Part shown: positions 38,822 through 52,883 of the stretch, piece after piece
Layout: every line of letters begins with the position of its first letter
Position numbering within the stretch: the stretch's first letter is position 1
Assembly (NCBI RefSeq): GCF_000150275.1
Contig: NW_002060945.1
Span: 6,687,607 to 6,751,606 of the forward strand
Direction: 5' to 3'
Length of the DNA stretch: 64,000 nt
Source: Trichoplax adhaerens
Taxonomy: Eukaryota; Animalia; Placozoa
Notes under the pieces: model-generated
Told to the model about the DNA's origin: nothing
The model's input: only the letters and a program-made list of their open reading frames with translations
Databases searched by the model: none
Program-made: the position numbers and the translations under genes

Positions 38822-41800
38822 CGTTGCAATATCTTTACCTATTGAAGATAACTTATAGGGCGAATTATCAAGATACGATAAACTTCTTTGAACAGTTTCA
38901 AATCTTTAGAAGAGAAGTGTAAACAAATAAAACTATACATATATCTATAAAAGAATGCATGCATAACGGTTATAGACATTCTTTTATAGGTATATGCATA
39001 GTTTTATTACGCTGTCTAAGTACTGATAATTATTGGTATTGCAATTGTGTTATAAATTGCACTATAGATTTGATTTAGCTTTTCTTGAAGAGAATTAGTG
39101 GCATAGGGCTCTAGAACTACTAGTTCTAGAGGTTCATGTTAGTGGTTACTGTTCCTCCCATAGATGTAAACAGAAATACTTCTATGCTTCCTCATGACGA
39201 TGGGGAGATCATCAGTCTGTAGCTAGGTAGATATCGGGAGGACAAACCTGACACTAGACTCATAGCGGTTGCTTTTCCTATAGAAAGTTTTAATTTCCGT
39301 CTTTAAAAATTTAGATTTGTAACAACAAGTTACACATTTATGAATCTACGATGCAACCAGGATCCATTCTGAGACTGCGTAATACATTGCAATGCTGTCT
39401 TAAGCCTCAAATTAATTTTGATAGCTCGATTCTACGAGTAGAAGCTAGTATGTAGGAGTTGATTATTTTATCCTTTCAAGAATATCCCAACGGTAGTTAG
39501 TCCCATTGTTGATATATCACAGGAAATACTGAGAAACAGGCATCAATACAACATGTTATTGGGAAGAGAACACGATGATTTTCCGCAGTTAATTTGAGTT
39601 CTTGTTTACATTCGTCAATAATCAAGATTTAGAAAATTTTTTGAAAAAATTCGTGTGAATCAATAATCCTGACTCGGATCGTCGATTCTATAATCGACTT
39701 GTCGCTTTGAGTTATGGTAACGGCACAAAGTTTGCTACATTACGCGTCTTATATTATATAGCATTTTTGGATTAGTACCCTGCAAGCTGCTGATCGAGTT
39801 CAATAACGGATCCTATCCAATAATCCTATCATCTAAGGTCCTATCTATTACAACGCCTTAATTGCAACAATCCTTTAGTATCATGTATCAAGGTTGAACA
39901 ATGAATCATCATTATTACCCTTGTAGCCATGACAATATGTAATGCATATACCTCAAGTACTGGAGCTATGTCGATTTGTGTTGATGATGAATAGAGTTAA
40001 GGGACATGAAAATCATAAATGTGTCTTTTTATTTTAAAACGCTTAAACTTTATTATAAGAAACTGATAACTTACCTCGAAAGACTGCTTTAATTAAAAAA
40101 TCTTAACCAACAGCCGTCAGGAGAAGCTCGATAGTTTACGCCTTACTAACTAGAGACTATTGTAGCAGTTTGAGTGTTTTAAACACATCTATGCTCCTTG
40201 GTCTGCCTTCTTTTAAGAACTCTGACTTACGAAACCCGTGACCGATGACGTATTCTTCGTATTTAGATAGTCCACTACCGATAAATAAAAGGGAAATGTC
40301 TTGAGATTTTTCTTTCTTTTCTCTTTATATTTATTTATCTTACTCGATTCTACTGTACTGTACTCCTGCTTTCTCATGTGATCAGTAAAGTACCGTACAG
40401 TATCATATACTGTATAATATTCTAAAGACAGCAAGAAAAACGTTGGCCGGCACTAAACACTCGTAAACTCTAGTTTTGATTTCATCAATACGCTATTTGT
40501 AGACTGAGGGAGAAATTTGATGATAATGTAACTGAAAGCTTTTACATTCATTTACTGAACAACATTATTATTACGATTTGTAGTATTGTAATTTTGAAGA
40601 GATTTAATCTACAATATTTGCCTGTTAGATTAGAGAGTTTATGGTTAGCAATCAGATTAAAGTGCGATTTGTTTTTTAGAGGATTGAAATCAAATTTAAT
40701 GCTAGCAGAATCGAAATTATTGCAGTTTTATACTGTATTTTAGTAATAAATCAGTTTGATTGAAAATACTTCTAATGAAAAAACATTGTTTTGATCTAAT
40801 ATGGCATGTATCCTTTCCTAACACGCGTAATATATTCTATTTGTTAGCAGTTTATGCAATAAAGTTGTAATACTATACAGCGTAAGCTAATACTGACTCT
40901 AAGCTTATGGCACTTAGGCTCAGAATTTGATTTATGTTAGAGTAGAATAACAACACAGTAAGCTACTCTTGATCTACTTTAACAGTAAATAATGAACATC
41001 AGAAACAACGGCTTTATGATTTGAAGGTTATAACGGATGTAATTTTTTCATCCTAAAATTACAGATCAACTATGCAACAAATTAGACTCCTAGCAATAGC
41101 AATACAGTTCCTTTGTCAACGCTTTCTACAAACAGGTGTTTTATATTTATATACTTTATCTGTTCGCCCTAAATTAACCTTGTGATTTCTATCCTCACAG
41201 TAATTTAATATGCAAGGAGAGAATCTTTAATACAGTATATTTGTTTAATCAACTAGCAGAGGCATCGTGCGATATTAAATAGGTTAGAATAAAAAAAAAT
41301 TATAAGAAAAAATTCTGAACCTTCTTGATCTAAGCTCTTTATAAACTGTCACATAAAATAGCAGTCTAGAACTCGAGCAACGATAGACCATCACAGTACA
41401 ATCAGATCTACCATATACTGTCACTAATAAAATCATGTATTCTTGTTGCATTGTAGAGTACATCTAACTGATTCAGGCCCATTTCTTCGTGCGCTTGATA
41501 GACTCTTTAAACAGATATAAATAAATCAAAAGGGCTTAACATCTGCTCATACGTCGCTATTTGGCTGTCATGAAATTGAAAAGATGAAGGATCATTGTTA
41601 CTGTTTATGCTATCTCGTACGTAGAGCAATTGTTAATGGTCATTGTGTTTCCAAACATAAACATGAAGCCGACAACGTTGTGTTTCCACTCTTAGTTGTT
41701 AACGTTGGTACGAGGGAGTTTGATACATCTCGCCTAGTAGGCTTACTAGAAATCACTTTTTATTTAGGATTTACTGCATTTTATCTTAGTAATTCATTAC

Positions 41801-44800
41801 TTTATCTTATCACAATACATTAGGTGTAGTCCAACAAGCTACTGCATTCTAAGATACGTAACAGACGAGACATATTATGCTTTCTTAGTAAATAATACAA
41901 AATGAAAGTTTGGCATATCCTACGATCTGATACTATACATCTGAACAGTACCTGGTACAACAACATGTGCAACTTCTGACTTTACAAAATTGATATTCGT
42001 CTATAGTAAATGAAAAAAAATCAATCAAGCTTGATTACTAAATAATAATTTAGAATAAGCTAGATAGTTACCCAGTCGATTACACAAATATAAAATAAAT
42101 CAAGAATAACCTTTTCTATACAGTATGCCCTCTAAAAAGGCGATAAATGTTAAGTTGCATAATTCTAATAGATAGCGAGTATTCATTTTATGATTTAATC
42201 ATCTACTGTATTAGCTTCTATATGTACGCATTGAAGTAGAAAGACTAAATTACTTGTTTACTCGTCAATGAGGAAATGTGAACATTAAATTACAACGTTT
42301 CAATGTACTATGTTGCCAATGTAAGTTTTTGAACTGCGTTATTTTGTAGATTATCTCATTTCTATTGTATCCATTACTTCAGCGATCTTTATCGATAATA
42401 GGAAACAAAAATGTTGTCTATACCCTTTTCTTTAACACATTTCACTTTCCTGGGTGCACTCAGGGATGAAATTGTGTGTGCTCATCATGAATGTGACACT
42501 TATAATCTATTGCGTTTTTATTTTAAATAAAAAACAAAGTCCCGTAACGTACATAGTTTAAAGTTCATCGCGAGAACTCCTGAAAAAAACGCAAGAGATG
42601 GCAATGTCCTTCTAAATAACATACTTAATACAATTACTTACTTTTCCTCAAAATAATAGCAAACAAGCAGGCGTGCTTGTTTATTATGCTGTACCAGTCA
42701 CTAATCAAATTTACAATATAATTAATCACGATAAGGGGTAATTAGTAATAGAAAAATTAAATAACTATTCTTCAGCCATTATTCTGGGTCTTATCCCATT
42801 CAGCTATACAGAGTACTTAACTATCTGACATTGGCATTATGGTAACATAATAGTATATATTTAAATCTTTCAAGTGAGCCTTACGTGCCATTGCAATGAT
42901 TCAATCCTAACACACTTGATTACTGTCAAAATTTACATCAATTCTAAAGAAAAATACAACTTTGCAGATACCAGGTTAGTATCCAACTTGTAAACTGTCA
43001 TCGTTTTCTTTGCATTACTGGTATAGATGTACTTCACTATCATTATCCTGGATCTAACGCTATCAATTACTTTAAAAAATAATGTAGTTGATTATTTTCC
43101 ATCCTTATCTAGCGACTTTAATATCATAATTATACCGTATAAAAGGGTGTAGATTCAAGGCTGATAAAATCGCTGAATTAGAAGCTACGATAGCAATATT
43201 AATTCAGAAAAAAAAATTTCATTTTCTTAGCTATTTTGGCTCATTTGCAACAATTTTTCCCTTTAAAATAATTGATAAAGCAACACATTAGATTCAGGTT
43301 AAATTGTGTGTTTATGATATAAATGATTCCTCATCATTCTCTGACGAATTAAGCTTTCTTTCATGCTAACATACATACGAAAAAAGTATAAGGTTGCGGT
43401 AGCTATTTTCCATTCTATTACATCTATCACGAATTATTTTCGATAAGAAATCATCGATTATATCCTAGACTAACCTTTATACTAGTATTGTAAAATAGAA
43501 ATGCCTAATATTTATCCCCCAATTTTTCTGTTTCTAAGAGTATATGGCCATATACACACAATATCATGCACTTATACTAATATAGTATAATGTAACTGTT
43601 TACATGTCTTTTACAATTAACGAAAACTGCAGTAGCAAGAGCTCGAAATATCTTCAAGCGAAATTGTTTTTCATTTTTAGGCTAAAGCTTCATTACGTTT
43701 ATTAACGCCTTTCTTTGGTTAAGTAATTTTACATTTTAACATAATATTATCGGTATAGTAGCTTGATATAAAACTATAAGGATATTACAGTATTGATAAT
43801 TAATGGAAAGTATAAGCATCTTCACAAACATGATTTCGTATAGTAATGATATAGAATGTATAGCTTAATTTAAAATCTAATTTATAATTTTAAATTTGCC
43901 AGAAAACTAATCATGATATAGGAATGTATGCAAATTGAGCTTACTTATACTGAAAAATAGCTAAATGTACCACATTTAATGAAATTAGGCTGCTGAGATG
44001 CATCGATCTTGTTGATAGTAAATCCAATTCGTACAGTGGATTTCTATCTACAAGTACATTGTGACATGTAAATAATCCTAGCGGCAAATTCATTCAGATG
44101 TTCACTTATGCCTGTAAACTTATCTTAAAATGCACAAAAGCGAACACGGGCTGATAGCCAGTGTATGCGTAATGAATTTTACTTGGAGTCTGAGCGTTTA
44201 CAATCATAAATCAGAGCTTCGTAATTTTAAAAATTCACCCTAAGTTAATATCTCAAACATAAGTCTTGTTATCTTATTTATTATTATAGTATCATAACAC
44301 ATACTAAGTTTAATTGTATGTAGTCTCTTTAATAAAATGCGATATATATTGATCGATTTAGAATATTTTCATGGCTTTATATCACTACTAGAAATTTTTT
44401 ATTTCTATAAAGTACGCTTATACTTCATTTAAATTTAACAATCTAATAATGCTAAACCGTGAACTAGATAATCTTCCATTAATCATAAATAATGACTGAA
44501 TAGAGTATTTTATATCATGAATTGCGTGGGTTACAAATTTCCTTCTTCATGTATGTTTAATTTCACATAATCAGAAAAGTAAACTATTTGGATCAAATTC
44601 TGACAAAGTATTAGCTTTTGTAAGGTTAGAACCAACTACTATTTACCAGTAACGGTAGCTTAGGCTGTAAATTGCAAAATACTAAAAGAATGAATATCAT
44701 AATTACTTGTATATAGATGATGGGCTGTAATAGAAGTATTCAATTCAAGTTGTTTATAATATAGTTTTACTTAGCCACTGATTTAATTTTCTTCTTAGCC

Positions 44801-45157
44801 CTACTAATTACCTGTATTCACGACCTTTCATAACCCTTATTGCATGTATCTATTCGATCTTATCATTTTGTGCAATATCAAAATAAAAGTATAAATTTTA
44901 TTCATATTTTAGGCTATACAATAATGTGTACAAAACTCGATAAAGAAAGCTTATTACCTTATCGCTTCACTATAGTAGCGACAATATCTAGTGTCCTCAA
45001 GTGTATCAGCCTTAAAAATAAGCCTTATAATAAATAGTACTAATGAACATCTGACTAAAGATTTAATTATTTTACTGCTGTATTCTTATATTTAAGTATA
45101 ATACTAATCGAATTATCATAAAAAGTGGCAATTCTTTCGTTATACAATAGATAGGAA

Positions 45158-47908
45158 ATGGCTAAACGGAACCTATTGATCATCGTCATCGCTCTTATTG
45201 GATGTAGCGTTAATGGTCTTCAGAATAATTATCAGCGGGAAATTAATAATTCTCATGAATTGCTTAAACATCTGGTGAACTATTTAGCCGAGCTTAAAGG
45301 AGTGAATTTGGTTGAACGATCTGAGTACTTACACCACATAGTAAGAATACGTACATCATTTATGCTTCCATGCAATAATCAATTTACTTTTTCAACGAGG
45401 ATCGTAGATTAATTAATTCCATTAACAATCGACAATGAATAAAACTAATGATGAAAAATATTGGGAACTGATGAAAGGACAAGTAAATTTAACCTTAGTA
45501 GAATGTTCTTGTGATAGTATTACCATAATGTATGATTTTGAGTGAATTAATTTAAGTGATGTATTCGTGAGATTAACACCGATTCATTTTTCTCTCTTAT
45601 CAATAATAACCGCAAAAACGGATATAACTATTCTTCAAGCTCCTTATCTATAGTAGATAAAACTTGATATGATTATAATCTAGCGTTACTTCAATAATTT
45701 AATTTTTAGATAAAATAACCATAAAGAATACAACATTTTTAAGAGAACAATCCACTACTACTTCTGACATTTATCGCCTATCCAATTCAATATTACATAA
45801 GCTAATTACTTTCTGTGCATGTTAATAGCAAACACTTTCGCACTAATATCACTTAGCTCTCAAAAATTTTGTACAGAAAAAATCCCCCTCCTTATGCATT
45901 GTTAGTATTCACGATGAAGTACGTTGCATTTAATGTTAAAATGAATATACTCAGTGAGATATTATTCAGTAATTACTGTTACTTTACAAAAAGTTATCCA
46001 ATGCTTTTTTCCTGTTTCGGCATTTCGTATATGAATCTTCGTGTTTAGCCTCTAGAATTTTGATTTAAAACTTTATAAAGTACTTTTATAAAGCATCACA
46101 ACTATCGCTATATTCTTATACTATAAAGCCTTAATAGGAAATCTTAAGCAGATTTTTACCTAAAGTCTAACTGTATTATGATATTATCAATGTAAATACT
46201 AAATCATTTGGATCACTAGTTAAATTAGTTAAGAAAAAGTGTCACTTGAAATTATATTCAATCAATAGTAATCGGAATTTAGTGCAATAAAGCTAATTTC
46301 TATTTAATGAAATTTTATCATCATGCCGCTATTTCATTGCTCTTACTATACCTTACACGATGCCAAAGAAATATCAGATATTAAATCATTTACTTCATTC
46401 AGCTAATTCGTATACCGATGCATTCATTTAAGATACAGTTTGGTCGAACATAGACAAGTTATCGCTTATTATTAGTTTACTTATACTTTGGTACTGAAGT
46501 ATTTCTTGAAAAATTGAATACTTCCATTTTCATTTACTACTATCAAGTGATGTAAAACTTTCATGTTTACTATAGATATCTAGTCAATTAATGCTAGATT
46601 GTTTATATCGATTACAAATACCAGTAGAATGTTATTCTTTACTTTATAAGGAAACACTGCCAATTCTCTTTCTTCAAAGCAGACGGCGTTATGTAATCTA
46701 ATATATCATATAGTATCCTATTTTAATTTTCTATAATAGTCTATTCGTAACTATTAACTATTATAACATATATATGACTGATCAGCGCGATAGAATTTAT
46801 AAAATCAGATATTATGACGTTGATAGCTGCAGTTCTAGTAAAACTCATGCTAGCGTATAAAATAATTAAAATTGCTGTTACTTTAAAATAATTACATGTA
46901 TCTTATTTTGTATCCAGAAACAGAGAGAAATACAGAGTACACCATCTAAAATATGGCTTGATGGTAGCCTAACTTCATGCGTGAATGTTGGTGTAAACAT
47001 TTCTTCATTTTGTAATATTAATTACAAAGTGCCAGAATATTTAGTGAAAACCTTAACTCTAACCTTGGAATTCGTAGCAAAAAGTTATGAAGTATTAAGG
47101 CCTCGGTTACATACCGACTGTTTCGCAGCAATAAGAGAAATTGTATGTAAAGGAACTTTGCCAAAATGTTCTCACGATGGAACAGCCACCTATCTGAATT
47201 TTAGCAGTTCTTGTTCACACTTGAATTCGACATGCTTACCAAATATCATACACATTAATGGTCAATCTGGAAGTACATTATGCAGTGAAGCAGGCAAGCA
47301 ATATACACTAAACGCTTGTCGCAAACCTAAGCTAACAGCAATTAATAAGGACCACTGTAGTCCTTTTAGTAATGAAATTACTTACCCAACATGGTTAATG
47401 GCCAGTTTAGCAATTCAGGAGGCGACTGTTAAAAATACAAAAACTTCCTTTGAAAGGCGAAATGTTTCTACCGATTGCATTAATAAGTGGGTAAAATTTA
47501 CATGCAATAGAATTCCATTTTGTAGTCTTGATCAGACAAGTTTACACGTTGGTGTTAGCAAGCAACAATGTGAAGAAGCGTTGACATGGTTAGTATTTTT
47601 ACTTACTTTCAGTTGAATTCCATCAAAAATTAATTAACGGACTGGCATTTCCGTTTAAATATAATAAGAGCAGGGACTAATTAGTACTCTTATATTTGAT
47701 AATTATTTTCATTTATTGCTATTAATCGATATCTTTATATTTTCTTAGTTTACCACCAAGTATGGCAGCAACAAGAAGAGCCGGAATGGATTGTAACAGT
47801 TTTCCCGATAGCAACAATGCAGTGGTAGTTAGTAGCAGTTACTCTATATTAGCAATTAATTACATTAACCTATTTTTGGCCTATCTATTTACTTTATTGC
47901 TATTTTAA
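45158..47908 (+). CDS. Family copy G (inverted orientation): secreted, GPI-anchor-like double Frizzled-CRD-like protein (337 aa, intact)
   Basis: Exons 45158-45340 (MAKRNLLIIVIALIGCSVNG...HHI|gtaaga), 46918-47588 (KQREIQSTPSKIWLDGSLTSC...EALT-tg|gttagt) and 47749-47908 (t-LPPSMAATRRAGMDCNSFPD...LFLAYLFTLLLF*). Total 1014 nt, in frame. Confidence 0.9.
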
Positions 47909-49651
47909 TTACTATGTATTGCTACCAGTTTTATACTGCGCATAAGCTGTTTAAGGTTAGAATATAAAATTCCTGTTATTTAGAAATTACCGTAAATATC
48001 CCTTTCTATAATTGTTATATTCGTTTTCATGCCTTTCCCAATATCCCACATAAAATAAAGCTCATAGAGTAGAGCACTTAGTCTATTGCTGACATATGCG
48101 TATCATTCATCATGACAGATCGGCTAGCTAGTCGATCTTGAAGCTAGCATGTACTACGCATAAGTATGTTCTGTTAAATATTCTTTTGATATCCTGGTAA
48201 AAATTTAAAGGCTGTTGATTAATTTAATGTATCAATGAATCGGTACGTACCGAAGGCAATGATAGACAGTAGAAGAGCAGTAATCACCGACCGTTGTTAC
48301 TTAAGAATTACACAACCATAGTATTTTTGGCATGGATTACTATACGCGTATATAACTTTATTTTATTGCTAACCAATTTTGGATAGTATTAGCAATATCA
48401 TCGATTACAGGCCTAAGTAACATATCCATATTTAATTAAAATTCGCCTACACGTGTAAGATGTTGTAAATAAATCAGAAATTAGGCGATAGCACGCATAG
48501 GTACTATAGTACTAGGAAGATATTATTATTTATAAGTATTTATGATATACGTAGAACTACTAACGAATTAAAGCTGAAACCCTTTCTAAAATTTGATATC
48601 ATTACTTTGAATTATGGCAATAGCATAAATATGTAGCATGATTTTGATCAAATATCTTAATATTCGAATAATATGTACGGGTAATAACAAAGAAAGGTTT
48701 TAATACTAGCTTGCCTTGCTAATGCTTACCAAAAGTAATTTATTACGTTATTCCTACATTTGGTATTGAAGAATTTCTATTGTAACGTTTGTTATGATAA
48801 GCGTAGGCTAATAGCACTATTGATTTCTTCTCAATCCTTCCCAACATTTACTACTTACCAAATTTATAATATAGTAGAAATACTCCTAGGCATTGTATAA
48901 TACTATGATACAGTATTCCGAAACTACGACAGTAATTTGGATTTTTTGTTAACTTTATCTGACCAATTAGCTATTGTGTCAAGGACGATCCACAATATCC
49001 TGAGGAAAATATTTGCACAATCTTTCTAAATTGTTATCACTCTGTTGTGGTCAATACCCAAATTTGGGATTGGCTAACGCAATGGACGATCCTAAGATTA
49101 TACAATGACTTTATAAATACTTATGTTGATACAAACAGTCTGTAGATGTTAATGATTCGAAGGAATAGCATATAGCAGTCATAAGCGGAGCTCTTGCTCT
49201 GAACATTGCAAATGCAAGCGCATTTACGCTGGTATTAATTAACAACTATTGCACATCCTGTATGTGGCTATCCCTTGCTACTATCGAACATAATCTACTT
49301 ACGCTATGTTTGCGCCCTGCACCATAGTAATAGTCGACGGGTACGGAGTGAAAAACGTACAAGAAATAGTAATAAGTATTTCAATGAGCATTTCTGTCAT
49401 ACATATTGCCAGTACAAGAAATTGATATCTACGCGTTTATTTATTTCTAATAAGGCCTTATTGCATAATTAATCATACTGCTGTCATTAGTAACTACTAT
49501 GCATTTGATGGTCCATAGCAGTGATAGTCGTACTCTAAAGTGAGAACAGACGAACGAGGATAGCTAAAGTGAAGAAGTAAGAAGATATGGATAAAGTCCA
49601 ATAGACGAGGCAACCATTTTTTTCATACTGTATCCTATACAAATGGGCTCC

Positions 49652-50286
49652 ATCCCAGTCTAATCCTGTTTCTATCCAATTCATCTCTAAATAGGCCTGC
49701 TGTAGTGTGTTTAGGTTGCGCCTAATTATAAGTATACGACTAGAGAGTAAAACACTGTCGATTGGAGATTGTAAAGCCTAACAAATTTGATACTGTGACT
49801 CAAATCGATGTAGAACATCGATTGTAATCAAGGCAAAGCGCAGCGCAAATGCTGCAATGTGCCTCAAACAGGCCTAAAATGGCTACAGGTAACCAATTTG
49901 TCGTAGTATCGCTTTGCTCAGTTCTTGCTTTTGACTTAAGGGGAAATTAAGGATCAATACGGATATCTCGATCCCAGTCTAATCCTGTTTCTATCCAATT
50001 CATCTCTTAAATAGGCCTGCTGTAGTGTGTTTAGGTTGCGCCTAATTATAAGTATACGACTAGAGAGTAAAGCACTGTCAATTGGAGATTGTAAAGCCTA
50101 ACAAATTTGATGCTGTAATTCATATCGAAGTAGAACATCGATTGTAATCAAGGTAAGGCGCAACGCAAACGCTGCAATGTGCCTCAAGCAGGCCTAAAAT
50201 GTCTACAGGTAACCAATTTGTCGTACTATCGCTTAGCTCAGTTCTTGTTTTTGACTCAAGGGAAAATGAAGGATCAATATGGATAT
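49652..50286. repeat. 319-bp tandem duplication (49652-49966 and 49971-50286)
   Basis: atcccagtctaatcctgtttctatccaattcatctc...aaggatcaata(c/t)ggatat occurs twice with high identity. Confidence 0.97.
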
Positions 50287-50609
50287 ACGACTCCTGCAGT
50301 ATTTCCATACAAATTATTATACGCGTATAATACATGCTGAAATCCAAGATTAATAATAATAACCCCAATAAATAATTTATTTACTGTAAGAAGATGATAA
50401 GATCGCAATATGTACGGGAGTTTAATCTAAATAGCGAAGTAATAAATCTAGTCCGTGAAATTGATTGAATCCAAGATCGCTCTCGCATAAGAGTGAAAGT
50501 GGTTAGCCCTCCTCAGCTGCCGTCGTAATTGGATTAGTTTTTCTATAGTTAATGATGTCTCCATATTGAATTTTCCCATTTTAACACCAACTCTTCATTT
50601 GGCGGGTTT

Positions 50610-50880
50610 CACCATTACAGTACAGAATCCTGTGCAGAGAATAGAATAGACTGTATTTTACAGTACATTGTACAGTAGTTGGCTACAGTGTACAGTTCAG
50701 GCTACAGTACAATATACCGTGAGATACAGTGTACCGTACTGTAACCCCTGTAGTCATACAGTACAATGTACTATATTGCACAGTACACTGTACTGTATGC
50801 TTTATACAGTAAATTGACAGGGTACTGTTTCTTTCTTAGCATTTTCTTATACTGTATTGTACTGCGCTGTACTATACCCT
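50610..50880. repeat. TACAGTA/TACTGTA motif cluster upstream of GINS4/SLD5
   Basis: Runs such as ttacagtacattgtacagtag, ctacagtgtacagt and cacagtacactgtactgta, about 230-500 bp upstream of the ATG at 51109. Confidence 0.85.
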
Positions 50881-51108
50881 ATTGCACTTCAGGTCAAAGA
50901 AAGCCAACGGGATTGAATCGGTAACTGTGGCGACCACCTGTTCCAGTCCAACATCCATTTGAGCTCGATAATTCTATCTGTCATTATTGCTGCAGCAGCC
51001 AGAGTATAGCTAAGAGGATATTCTCTTCAAGATTTCAAGCTAAAAACTCGTACTACTGCTGCAGGCCATTATAATACAACACCTACTGTATTTCAACTAG
51101 ATTGACCC

Positions 51109-52883
51109 ATGGATGAAGAACAAGAATTGGAAGGCTATGAGGAAAGCGATGAATATGTTGCCATGACCTCCGCTGAGCTTCTGGATAAATTAAAAGAAGT
51201 ATGTTGTACTATTGATCTTTTGTAAAGTGCTCATAGATCAGCAGTATTACCTCCATGATGATCTATCGCTATCGAGCGTTTTATATCAATTATGGCAGGA
51301 AATAAAATGATGGTGGCAAATTTCAATTGTACATCATGCCCATGCTATGCTTATTCAGTGCAGTAGATTGAAATGGTCGAATAGAGCTGACTTGATTTCT
51401 GTATTAGGACGTCTAGTTTAATCGACATATTGTAATTAACTTTATACTTGGATTTTACAGTGGAGAATCATTCCATAAGAAAAAGGAAAATGATTTAATG
51501 TCTTCTTCAACAATTTATTATCCTAGGCATGGATCAATGAAAGGATGGCTCCTGAATTATTGAATAGTCAGGACGAATTAGTCGAATGTATGATTGAACA
51601 ACTCGATGCAATGGTACTCTTCTTTTTTTAGCTACTAATAATGTATTCATCATTGCAAATTTCAAGTGTTTGTACATTTACACTCTAACTCAAGCAGTCA
51701 ATCAAAGGTGTAAAATGGATGCATAATTTTATCTACTTTATCTATTATCTAACTAACGAACGAACGACAATTAGGAAAGAAACTTAAAGACTGGCAAGCG
51801 AAATCCCCTTGTTAACAGTATGCATGGCTTAGAGGTAATAACTTATTCGATTAATTATAGATTATATTATTGAATCGATCTTTGACAGTCTCACCTTATA
51901 TTCTATACCAAAGTCAATAAGTTGTTTGACTTAAAAACCCTTAATCGATAATACATCATCAACTATCACTCATTCTAGATACTTATTTTTTTTCTACATA
52001 TTTGCTATGTTTCAAGATGGAACGAGTCAGATTCCTGATCAATAGTTACATTAGATGTAGGCTTGGCAAAATTGAAAAATACGTGATAGATGTGCTGCAG
52101 CAACATAAAGCTAGAGGACAAGAGGATTTGCCATTATTATCACGCGCAGAACTTGAATATGCTCGAGAGTATGATATCAAACTTTACTCGAATTTTCAAT
52201 ATTAATAAATCACTTATTACCTAGCTGGTGATATGTAGTATCCGTATATTGGCAAAAATGGTCTTAATTTATACAAATTACCTGTCGTTCAAAGATCAAA
52301 CTCAATCCCCTTTACACATTACATTCACCTCTAGGTATGCTGATGGTATGGAGAATCACCTGAAATCGACCATTCTAAAATTTCTACCGACAAATCTTCA
52401 AAATTTTGATGAGGCTAAAGAACGTAAGTTTTATAATAATTTTGAAGAGGAAGCATTTATAATATCATTTGCATTATCGTTTACATAGTGGCCATTATAG
52501 ATTGTTTTCTGATACTATCACTACATTGAAATACGTTTATAACATCTGTTTAACGCCATTCAACATAATTTTATAATTTTATTGATTGCAGTTCCCAAGC
52601 CAAATAAAGATAAATATGTATTTATTCGTGTAAATGATCAGCAAGATCAAGTACTAATTGAGTAAGTAGTAGCTTAACGTTAAATAGTCTTTATAATTGT
52701 AGTTCAGATATGATAAACCGATTTGAAGCAATAGAGTAAAGGTGATGCGTCATTAATCCGAAACTTTTTTTTAATTCGTCAAGCGATGATGAAACAACTG
52801 ATCTGAATAAAGGAGCTCGACATATAGTACGATACTCGTTTATTGCTTCACTTCTCTCCGAAGGCTCAGTTTCCTTGACTTAA
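51109..52883 (+). CDS. GINS4: DNA replication complex GINS protein SLD5 (215 aa, 7 exons)
   Basis: Exons 51109-51198, 51527-51613, 51775-51834, 52017-52168, 52335-52423, 52592-52661 and 52784-52883; 648 nt, all GT-AG with consistent phases. Motifs AWINERMAPELL, MERVRFLINSYIRCRLGKIEKY, LSRAELEYA, PKPNKDKYVFIRV and DLNKGARHIVRY match SLD5. Confidence 0.95.

Noticed and set aside
5380-47908. Calling the family Frizzled, sFRP, glypican or folate receptor
   Set aside because: There is no seven-transmembrane region, netrin domain or glycosaminoglycan-attachment region. Only the Cys pattern is shared, so no gene symbol is assigned.
49150-49330. Stop-poor plus-strand stretch (AVISGALALNIANASAFTLVLINNYC...)
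   Set aside because: No start, splice partners or recognisable homology; cannot be supported as coding.
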